64,000 nt of DNA from an uncultured Holophagales bacterium (GTDB lineage: Bacteria > Acidobacteriota > Thermoanaerobaculia > Multivoradales > UBA5704), in contig CAWJGT010000003.1 of assembly GCA_963842525.1 (NCBI GenBank), positions 928,001-992,000 of the forward strand. The letters are read 5' to 3'. Each line of letters opens with the position of its first letter. Positions within the stretch are counted from its first letter, which is position 1. Made by a program: the position numbers and the translations under genes. Below are positions 46,919 to 57,054 of the stretch, one piece after another. The notes below the pieces were generated by a model. The model was not told where the DNA came from, did not search any database, and was given only the letters and a program-made list of their open reading frames with translations.

Positions 46919-47036
46919 GCATGCCAAAAAGGCAGATTTTGAGCGTTGACGGGAGCGACTCTCCTCCTGGAATTTCTATGGCAGGCGCCTTGCTTGTGGC
47001 GTGATAGGAGAGGAAGAAAGGAGAACCCTTAATCTC

Positions 47037-48584
47037 ATGAGCACTATCCAGAAACGTCATCTCGCCACGTTCCTGCTCGTCCTGGGGGCGGTCGTCTTCG
47101 GCATGGTCCTCGCCGGAGGTCTCCAGTTGACCCTGCCCGGGATGGCGGATCCGGAGAGTTCGTTGTCAGCCACTCAGCAGATCGCCAATTCGAGGCCGGC
47201 GATTACGAGCCTGCCCAGCTTCGCAGACCTGGCCCAGGCGGTCGACCCGGCCGTCGTGTCCATCCAGGCGGCGACCATCGAGAAGGGCCCGCGCGGACGC
47301 CGGGGCATGGACCCCTTCGAGTTCTTCTTCGGCCCGCGCAACCGCGGCGAGCGGCCGGATCAGCAACAGCAGCAGCCGCAGCAGCAGCAAGAGGGGGACC
47401 CGGGCGAAGAGTTCCGGTCCGATTCCGGCGGCAGCGGCTTCGTCATCAGCCGTGACGGCCTGGTGGTCACCAACTACCACGTCGTCGAGGGCGCGAGCGA
47501 GGTCAAGGTCCACCTGGGCGACCGCGACTACACCGCGGAGGTCAAGGGGGCCGACCAGGCCACCGACATCGCCCTGCTGAAGATCAACGCCGGCCGCGAT
47601 CTCCACTACCTGGAGCTCGGCGACAGCGAGGTGGTGCGGGTTGGCGATTGGGTGATGGTGGTCGGCAACCCGCTGAACCTCGACAAGACGGTGACCACGG
47701 GCGTGGTCAGCGCCAAGGGCCGGTCGCTGGGCATCAGCGACGCCTCGTTCGAGAATTTCATCCAGACCGATGCAGCAATCAACTTCGGCAACTCGGGCGG
47801 CCCGCTCATCGACATGCAGGGCCGGGTCATCGGCATCGCCACGGCGATCAACTGGGGGGCCGAGAACATCGGCTTCGCGGTGCCGGTCAACACCTTGAAG
47901 CAGGTGCTGCCGCAGCTCCGCGAGAGCGGCAAGGTGAGCCGCGGCTACCTGGGCATCCAGGTCAGCAACCTCAACTACACGCAGGCGCAGGCCTTCGGCC
48001 TCGAGTCGACCGACGGAGCCCTGGTGGGCTCGGTCGACAGCGACACGCCGGCCGGCAAGGCGGGCGTCCGCCACGGCGACGTCGTCACCGAGGTCGACAG
48101 CATCAAGGTCAAGACCACCCGCGACCTCATCAACTACGTCGCGGCCAAGCCCCCGGGCGCCTCGGTGACCCTCAAGGTCTGGCGCGACGGCAAGACCTTC
48201 GACCGCCAGGTCAAGCTCGGCGAGCGGCCCGGCCTGCAGCAGGCGGACGAAGCCGAGCAGCCGGACGAGGACGAGTCCGGCATCGACTGGCTGGGCATCC
48301 AGTACCAGGGCCTGTCGGACAACCTGCGGTCGACGCAGGGCATCCCGGAGGACGTCAACGGCGTGCTGGTGACCAACGTCACGCCGACCAGCCCGCTCTA
48401 TGAGCAGGCGGTGCGGCCGGGCAGCATCATCACCGAGGTCAACGGCCGCGAGGTCAACAGCGTCCGCGAGCTCGAAGAGGCCGTGAAGGGAGTCAAGTCG
48501 AAGTCGTACGTGCGCTTCTACGTCGTCAACCTCGGCCGCGGCGGCGCGCGCCAGCCGTTCTTCGCGGTCGTTCAGGCGCCCTGA
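47037..48584 (+). CDS. DegP/DegQ (Do) serine endoprotease
   Basis: TNYHVV, TDIALLK, QTDAAINFGNSGGPL, two PDZ domains. Confidence 0.93.
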   Translation: MSTIQKRHLATFLLVLGAVVFGMVLAGGLQLTLPGMADPESSLSATQQIANSRPAITSLPSFADLAQAVDPAVVSIQAATIEKGPRGRRGMDPFEFFFGPRNRGERPDQQQQQPQQQQEGDPGEEFRSDSGGSGFVISRDGLVVTNYHVVEGASEVKVHLGDRDYTAEVKGADQATDIALLKINAGRDLHYLELGDSEVVRVGDWVMVVGNPLNLDKTVTTGVVSAKGRSLGISDASFENFIQTDAAINFGNSGGPLIDMQGRVIGIATAINWGAENIGFAVPVNTLKQVLPQLRESGKVSRGYLGIQVSNLNYTQAQAFGLESTDGALVGSVDSDTPAGKAGVRHGDVVTEVDSIKVKTTRDLINYVAAKPPGASVTLKVWRDGKTFDRQVKLGERPGLQQADEAEQPDEDESGIDWLGIQYQGLSDNLRSTQGIPEDVNGVLVTNVTPTSPLYEQAVRPGSIITEVNGREVNSVRELEEAVKGVKSKSYVRFYVVNLGRGGARQPFFAVVQAP

Positions 48585-48608
48585 CGCCCGCTCCCGCTCC
48601 GACACCTG

Positions 48609-48640
48609 CGGCCGGCCCCACGGGGGCCGGCCGTTTTCTT
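48609..48640 (+). terminator. Rho-independent terminator
   Basis: cggccggcccc-acg-ggggccggccg followed by ttttctt. Confidence 0.75.
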
Positions 48641-48657
48641 GTTAGACTGAAGTGACA

Positions 48658-50032
<1,375 letters not shown>

Positions 50033-50046
<14 letters not shown>

Positions 50047-50692
50047 ACGCGAGCGAGTGCTGATGCGGATGCTCGAGGAGAGCGGCGCCCTGCGCCGGGG
50101 CCATTTCCTGCTCTCTTCCGGCCTCCACTCCGAGGCTTACGTGCAATGCGCGCTCCTGCTGGAGGACCCGGTCCGCGCCCGGCGGGTGGGGGAGGATCTG
50201 GCCCAGGAGCTGCGCACCTTCCATCCCGACTCGGTGCTGGCGCCGGCCCTGGGAGGCGTCATCATCGGCCACGAGGTGGCCGCCGCGCTGGGAGTCCCCT
50301 TCCGCTTCACCGAACGCAAGAGCGAAGAGATGGGCCTGCGCCGCGGCTTCAGCCTGCGCCAGGGCGAACGGGTAGTGATCGTGGAAGACGTGGTCACCAC
50401 CGGCCGCTCGACCCTGGAGACCGCCGCCCTCGCAACCAGCCGGGGAGCCCGCGTCGTCGCCATAGGAGCGATCATCGACCGCACGGCCGGCCGCGACCCG
50501 TTCGACGTCCCCTTCCGCGCCATCCTCGAGCTCGACCTGCCCTCCTATCCGCCGACCGAGTGCCCGGCCTGCAGCGCCGGGGCCGTACCGCCGGAAAAGC
50601 CGGGCAGCCGCCCGCAAGCCGAGCAGGCCGACACCATCGGCGCAGCAGGTACGGAGACCCCGACTACCACAAGGTCGGAACGGGGAGAATAG
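50033..50692 (+). CDS. pyrE: Orotate phosphoribosyltransferase
   Basis: GHFLLSSGLHS, VEDVVTTGRS. Confidence 0.92.
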
Positions 50693-51390
50693 ACCCGGGG
50701 ACGGATAGCAGCGCCGAGGCTCAGGATCTCGTGTCGGCGATTGAGCTTGCACTGGCTGAACACTCTTCAGGCCACCGGTCCCGGGAGGATTTGTTCGAGC
50801 GCCGCCAAGTACCACCGCCGCCAGCTCCTCGCCGAATCCGAGGTGCGCGACCTTCGGCTCGTCTGCGCGCGGCCGGCTGGTTTGCGTCCAACAATCCTGC
50901 GACCGACCGTGTCTTGTAGAATAGAGGCGGAGATCCTTTGACAACAGAACCACGGCCCCACGGCTCACCGGCCCGGGAAAGAATCGTGCCAATCAAGAAT
51001 CATGCCAGGTTAAAAATGGCATCTTGTCAACGGGGTAACGGCGCAAGGCGCAAACCTCTGGAGACATGAGGCTTGCGGTCATGAACGGAGCTGGAAAAGA
51101 CCCCATGGAAGAGCCACTGGGAAGGCCAAAAAGGGGGATAACGGCGGAGCAGGGGTTAAGTGGCGTAGAATCAAGGGCCTGGAAAGGCGACAATTGACCA
51201 GAGCAGTACGGTGGGATTGCGACTTCTTGTAGCGCGACTTGACCTCGGCGTCGACGGTGTCGTCCGAATTGACCAGAGCAGTAGGCCCAGCACCAGATGT
51301 CTCATTCGCGCACGCCCTGCATAGCATCTACATGCCATGGGCCCTCCGGGGCCTTTCCCGCGGCTGGTTGGCGTCCAACAATCCTCGCCA

Positions 51391-51966
51391 TGGCGCAGCG
51401 TCCCGAGACACAGGCCCGGCGTACGCTCCGCAAAACCAGCGTGAGCTCACGCTGGCGCAGCGTCCCGGGACACTGGCCCAGCGCACGCTCCGCAAACCCA
51501 GCGTGAGCTCACGCTGGCGCAGCGTGTCGGGACGCTGGCCCAGCGTACGCTCCGCAAACCCAGCGTGAGCTCACGCTGGCGCAGCGTGTCGGGACGCTGG
51601 CTCAGCGTACGCTCCGCAAACCCAGCGTGAGCTCACGCTGGCGCAGCGTGTCGGGACACTGGTCCAGCGTACGCTCCGCAAACCCAGCGTGAGCTCACGC
51701 TGGCGCAGCGTGTTGGGACACTGGTCCAGCGTACGCTCCGCAAACCCAGCGTGAGCTCACGCTGGCGCAGCGTGTCGGGACGCTGGCCCAGCGTACGCTC
51801 CGCAAACCCAGCGTGAGCTCACGCTGGCGCAGCGTGTCGGGACACTGGCGCAGCGTACGCTCCGCAAAGCCAGCGTGAGCTCACGCTGACGCAGCGTGTC
51901 GGGACACTGGCCCAGCGTACGCTCCGCAAAGCCAGCGTGAGGTCACGCTGGCGCAGCGTCTCGGGA
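51391..51966. repeat. Tandem repeat, 62-bp unit, ~9.3 copies
   Basis: Units start at 51435, 51497, 51559, 51621, 51683, 51745, 51807, 51869 and 51931. Core palindrome CCAGCGTGAGCTCACGCTGG. Confidence 0.95.
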
Positions 51967-52030
51967 CCGAAACTGCTCGCTCCGGAGCAACCGCGGACCG
52001 GCGGTGGTCTCTGGAAGGGATGTCGCCGCT

Positions 52031-52059
52031 GCGGAGACGCCCCACGGGGCGTCTCTACA
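52031..52059. repeat. GTAG-type REP palindrome
   Basis: gagacgcccc-ac-ggggcgtctctac (GTAGAGACGCCCC on the minus strand). Confidence 0.6.
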
Positions 52060-52115
52060 GTGGGGGCGCAGCCCGGGGTGGGTGGGAAGGATGGCGGGTG
52101 AGGGCGGCGCCCGGA

Positions 52116-52205
52116 GAGATGCCGTAGAATCGGCCGGTCTCCTGGAGGTGCCCATGCCCACCCGTCGCGAGTTCCTCGGCGGCCCGGCCGTCGCGTCCGC
52201 GGCCG
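52116..52205 (+). repeat. Direct repeat of the aminotransferase promoter and 5' end (other copy 53249-53347)
   Basis: gagatgccgtagaatcggccggtctc...atgcccacccgtcgcgagttcct...gcggccg occurs in both, with a 9-bp indel and a few substitutions. Confidence 0.9.
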
Positions 52206-52253
52206 GACGTGAGCACGGAAGGTTTCGGGAGCATTGCTGGAAAAAGTCCCCTC

Positions 52254-52607
52254 CTACAGGAGCCCTGCAAAGATCTCGCGAAAGGTCCGCTTCAGATCCT
52301 GCAGGGTCGTCTCGTCCAATTGCCCGACGACTCGCTGGATCTGGTCCAGGACGACCGTTTGGATAACCGGCTTGATGACGGAAGGCTCTTCCAAGCCGCA
52401 TACCTGGTGGTCGTGGATGTCAACGCTGCCGTAGGTGTCTTTGTGGAGGAGCTTGGTCGTGATGCGAGCGCCGATCAGCTCTTCGCGCTCCCGATGGTAG
52501 CGATGCGAGCTGAGGACAACGACCGGGGCTGTCTTGGAGCCTTCTTGATTCGTGAATGGAAACCTCTTGATTCGTACGACTGTGCCGACCGGGAGATCAA
52601 GCGTCAT
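52254..52607 (-). CDS. PemK/MazF-family toxin
   Basis: VVRIKRFPFTNQEGSKTAPVVVLS, GARITT, GLEEPSVIK. Confidence 0.75.
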   Translation of the reverse strand: MTLDLPVGTVVRIKRFPFTNQEGSKTAPVVVLSSHRYHREREELIGARITTKLLHKDTYGSVDIHDHQVCGLEEPSVIKPVIQTVVLDQIQRVVGQLDETTLQDLKRTFREIFAGLL

Positions 52608-53112
52608 CGTCGCTCCAGAAGGTTGAGCGCGACATCTCATGGGCCTCACGGACGAGCACCCGATCCCTGAGCTTCAAGAGGCGTTGAAGGCCAAGGCCAA
52701 AGGCCGCGAGCGCTAGGCGAGCAGCCTTGCTTCCCCGGTCGTAAAGACTGACGGCGCGGTTGGTCAGGGGCCCGCCAGGCTGCTTTGAGGCCTGCCGGCG
52801 CTGGAGGTCGGAAATCCTGGCATGCTCCTGGAGAGGGGGGCGGTTACTTTCCTCTTCCTTGCTCAACTGACGCACGGCGTCGGCCACGTCTTCCTCCGTC
52901 AGGGTGGCATCCAGCGCTTCGAGGTCGCTGACATAGCGATCGATCGCGGCCCTGAGCGCGCCAGCGCTGCGCTCGCTGGCAACCAGCCTGGCCTCCTGGG
53001 CATCCAATGCAGCGACTGCGTCGTCCATGGCTTTTCGATCCAGAGGCGTCTCCAGGGCAAGCTCGGGCTCGCCCGCAGAGGACAGATAATCTTTGAGCCG
53101 TGGTACCGCCAT
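52597..53112 (-). CDS. Hypothetical helical protein, possible non-canonical antitoxin
   Basis: Overlaps the toxin start. No recognisable MazE/AbrB motif. Confidence 0.5.
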   Translation of the reverse strand: MAVPRLKDYLSSAGEPELALETPLDRKAMDDAVAALDAQEARLVASERSAGALRAAIDRYVSDLEALDATLTEEDVADAVRQLSKEEESNRPPLQEHARISDLQRRQASKQPGGPLTNRAVSLYDRGSKAARLALAAFGLGLQRLLKLRDRVLVREAHEMSRSTFWSDDDA

Positions 53113-53286
53113 AAAGCCATTGTACGCCAACGTTGACATCTTCTGCAAAGATGTAAGGCCCCGTCAGCCATCCTCTTCTCGACAATATTATAGTGCAGAG
53201 GAGCCACGAAGGCACGCTGCACCCTGTCAGGTCACCTCGGACGCGTTCGAGATGCCGTAGAATCGGCCGGTCTCCCGGAGGTGCCC

Positions 53287-54585
53287 ATGCCCACCCGTCG
53301 CGAGTTCCTTGGCGCCGTCCTCGGCCCGGCCGTTGCGTCTGCGGCCGTCGCCTCGTTCGACCTGCTCGCCGCGAGCCGCGCCCTGGCGGCGGTGGCCGCC
53401 CGTCCCGGGTCGCCCGAGGAGGTGGCGGCGGACGAGTCGTTCTGGTTCGAGATCCAGCAGGCGTTCACGATGGATCGCAGCATTGTGAACCTGAACAACG
53501 GCGGGGTGAGCCCTTCACCGGCCGTGGTCCAGGAGGCGATGAAGCGCCATCTCGACTATTCGAACTCGGCGCCGCCGCCGTATGCCCTCTGGCAGATCCT
53601 CGAGCCGCAGCGCGAGACCGTCCGCCAGCGCATGGCCCGCTTCTTCGGCACCGACCCGGAAGAGATCGCCCTGACGCGCAACGCGTCCGAAGGGCTCCAG
53701 ATCTGCCAGCTCGGCTTCGACCTGGAGCCGGGCGACGAGGTCCTGACCACCAATCAGGACTATCCGCGGATGCTCACCACCTGGGACCAGCGGGCGCGGC
53801 GCAACAGGATCGTGGTCAAGCAGATCTCCCTGCCCGTCCCGGCCGAGGACGAGGACGAGGTGGTCGACCGCTTCCGCCAGGCGGTCACTCCGAGGACGAA
53901 GCTGATCCTGATGTGCCACATGATCAACCTGAACGGCCAGATCCTGCCGGTCCGGAAGGTGGTCGCCATGGCCCGGGAGAAGGGCATCCCGGTGGTCGTG
54001 GACGGCGCCCACACCTTTGCCCATTTCCCTTTCCGTCAGGAGGACCTGGGCTGCGACTACTACGCCACCAGCCTCCACAAGTGGCTCTTCGCCCCGCACG
54101 GCACCGGCATGCTCTACGTCAGGAAGGACAAGATCGCCGGCCTCTGGCCGATGATGGCCGCGCCCGTGGCGATGGACGGCAACATCCGCAAGTACGAGGA
54201 GATCGGCACTCATCCGGCGGCCAACTACCTGGCCATCGCCGACGCCCTGACCTTCCACGAGGGGATCGGCGCGGAGAGGAAGGCTGCCCGCCTGCGCTAC
54301 CTGCGGGACCGCTGGGCAAAGCGGCTGCTGAAGAGCGACCGGGTGAAGCTCCACACCAGCCTCGATCCGCGCTTCTCCTGCGGCATCGGCACCGTCCAGG
54401 TGGTGGGGATCGAGACCCCGAAGCTCGCCCAGCACCTCTGGGACCGCTACCGCATCCTGGTCACCCCGATCGTCCACCCGGAATTCGAAGGCTTGCGGGT
54501 GACGCCGAGCGTGTACACGACGCTCCAGGAGATCGATGTCTTCTGCGAGACGATGGAGCGGGCGGTGGAGAAGGGGATCGCATAA
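53287..54585 (+). CDS. Class V PLP aminotransferase with a Tat-like signal
   Basis: TRREFL, LNNGGVSP, VDGAH, SLHKWLFAPHG. Confidence 0.88.
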   Translation: MPTRREFLGAVLGPAVASAAVASFDLLAASRALAAVAARPGSPEEVAADESFWFEIQQAFTMDRSIVNLNNGGVSPSPAVVQEAMKRHLDYSNSAPPPYALWQILEPQRETVRQRMARFFGTDPEEIALTRNASEGLQICQLGFDLEPGDEVLTTNQDYPRMLTTWDQRARRNRIVVKQISLPVPAEDEDEVVDRFRQAVTPRTKLILMCHMINLNGQILPVRKVVAMAREKGIPVVVDGAHTFAHFPFRQEDLGCDYYATSLHKWLFAPHGTGMLYVRKDKIAGLWPMMAAPVAMDGNIRKYEEIGTHPAANYLAIADALTFHEGIGAERKAARLRYLRDRWAKRLLKSDRVKLHTSLDPRFSCGIGTVQVVGIETPKLAQHLWDRYRILVTPIVHPEFEGLRVTPSVYTTLQEIDVFCETMERAVEKGIA

Positions 54586-54639
54586 AGCCGCCCGCCCCCG
54601 GTCAGGGGCGGGCGCGATTTGACCAGACACCCGATCAGG

Positions 54640-57037
54640 TCAGTAGCTGACCCTCAATTGATAGGTCGTCCGGGTCGACGAGTAGCGGAGGACGCGGACG
54701 TAGACGTTGACCGCCGAGGCGCCTGTGTTGGTCCAGGATGCCTGGTCGGGCGTCGTGCCGCCGTTGGTCGAGCTGGCGACCGCGCTCCCCGTCGTCGAGT
54801 TGTAGATGTAGACGTCGTAATCCACCGTCAGGCCGTTGAGCAGCGCCGTCACCGTCCTGCCTGCCGGCAGGCTCAGGCGGAAGTAGTCGTTCTGCTGCGA
54901 CGTCGAGTCGTTGAGGAAGGTCCCGGAGATCTGGTTGCAGGTCCCCGTGATCACCTGCGGCGCAGTGGCGGTGTTGTTCGGCTCCACCTCCGATGGTGTT
55001 GGTGCAGGTCGAGCCCGTCGTGTAGCTGCCGACGAGCGACACGCCCGAGAAGGCCGTGTAGCCGTGCAGCATGACGTGCCAGGTGCCGGCCGCCGGCGCC
55101 GGGAAGGTGCAGGTCTCGTTGTTGCCGCCCAGGTACGGCCGGCAATCGTAGGTGGAGGTGGTCGGCGCCGAGCCGAACCGCACGTACAGGTCGGCGTCGC
55201 CGCTGCCGCCCGAGATCTGGAACTGCAGGTTCGACGCGCCCGAGGGCACGCTCATCGTCCAGAGCTGCTGGCTGCCGGTCGCTCCCGAGATCCCCGCCAC
55301 CGGAACGCCGTTCGTCAGCACGTTGCCGGTGCAGGCCGAGGTCGTCGCCTGCGCCTGCGCCGAGTTGCCCGAGCTGCAGGAACCGTTCGACGCCGTCACC
55401 ACGTAGTAGTAGGTCGTGTTGCAGGAGAGGCCCGTGTTCGAGAAGGAGGTGGTGCCCGAAGTCCCCACCGACGAGTAGGGCCCGCCGCTGGTCGTCGAAC
55501 GCAGGACCGTGTAGGAGGTGGCGCCGGAGGAGGCGCTCCAGTTGAGGTTGATCTGCGACTGCGATGCGGCGGTGGCGCCCAGCCCGGCCGGCGCCGCGGG
55601 CGGCGTGCAGGGGCCGGTGGAGTTGTCGATGCCGTTGGTGGTCGTGGCGCCGGTGCTGCCCGCGTCGAGCCAGTTGGAGAGGCGGGTGCTGTTCGTGCCG
55701 CCGCCGGTCCAGGAGACGCTGAAGCGCCCGTAATAATCAGAAAGGTTGTTGCCCGTGGCGCCGCAGGAGGACGGTCCGCCGTGGAGCTGGCCGACGAAGC
55801 GGCCGGCGCTGTTATAGAGCGGCGAGCCGGACGAGCCGGGCTCGGTCACACCCGGCACGGTGAACGGGCCTGGAGGATCGGTCGCCCATTTGGCCCACAG
55901 GTGGCTGCCGTCGCCCGGCGAGGTCGTGCCGCTGTAGCTCGTGCTCACCATGTCGGTGATGACGTAGGTGATCCGCTTCTCGTCGGTCGACGGATGGTGG
56001 ATCGAGGAGCAGGGAGCCGCGGCGGTGCACACGTGGCTGCCGGTCGAGCGGTCCCAGCCCGCCCAGTGATGGTTGTAGGCCGTGACCGGCGGGTCGTCGA
56101 GCTCGACCAGCGTGAAGTCCGACGCGGCGTTGGCGGCGCGGAAGAAGGAGCCGGTGTGGAACTGGGTGAGCGTGCCGTCGCCGGCCGCCCCGCTCGCGGC
56201 GCTGCCGGGCGTCCGGCAGAAGGAGTTCTGGTAGTTCCAGTAGACCACCAGCGAGGCCGCATTGCCGGAGGTGATCGAGCAGTGGTTGGCCGTCATGAAG
56301 TACATCTTGCGGTCGCCGGCGGTGTCGTTGACGAGCGAGCCGGTGCAGAACGTGGAGCCGCCGGTCGAGATGACGCCCACCGCCCGCATCTCGTCGCGCC
56401 AGGTGTCGCCGGTGGCCAGGCACTCGACGTCCAGGTTGCAGCTTCCGGACTTGTTGTAGGAATCGGCGGAGATGGTGCCGAAACCCCGGTAGCCCTGGTT
56501 GACCCAGCCGAGCTTGAGGTCGACCGCCCGCACCTCCCGCTTCGGCACGGTGAGCTCCACGATGAGGTCGTTGGTGGTGACCACCGGCGTCCACAGCTCG
56601 CCATGCGCCTCGTTGTCCGCGGCGGTGAAGGGCCGCGAGACCTGGGTGCCGTCCGCCGAGTACAGCAGCAGGCGGCTGCGCTTGGACATCTTGAAGCGGG
56701 TGAAGCCGAGGTTCAGGGACGTCGTCCCTTCGCGGCCGACGACGCGCAGCCGCCAGAGCATCTGGCCGTTGCCGAGGTCTTCCCACGTACCGTTTTTGGC
56801 GGGAGTGATCGACACCCGCTCCGGGATGGCGAAGCGCGGCGGCAGCCCCTCCAGGTCCCGGGCTACATCCTCTTCCCCGATGCGCGCCAGGTCCAACTGC
56901 ACACCGACGAAGGAGTCGACTCGATTGACGCCGGCCACGGCGTGCCTGGAGGCTGTGGGAACAACGTCCTCGGCGGCATGGGCCACACTGCCGAGGGCGA
57001 GGGTGAGCAACATCAGCCAAGCGAGCTTACGATGCAT
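54640..57037 (-). CDS. Secreted lysyl-endopeptidase-like S1 protease with FN3 and two PPC-like domains; frameshift near 54992
   Basis: TANHC, DFTL, GSSGSP triad motifs. GDADLYVRFG PPC. Final EPNN domain lies in another frame. Confidence 0.85.
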
Positions 57038-57054
57038 TGTTCCTCCCGGTCAGA

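Noticed and set aside
51040-51130. c-di-GMP-I riboswitch (GCAAACC motif)
   Set aside because: Lacks the GNRA loop and GACGCAAAG segment, and no clear downstream gene. An Rfam scan would settle it.
51391-51966. CRISPR array
   Set aside because: Sequences between the palindromes are near-identical rather than unique spacers, and there are no cas genes in the window.
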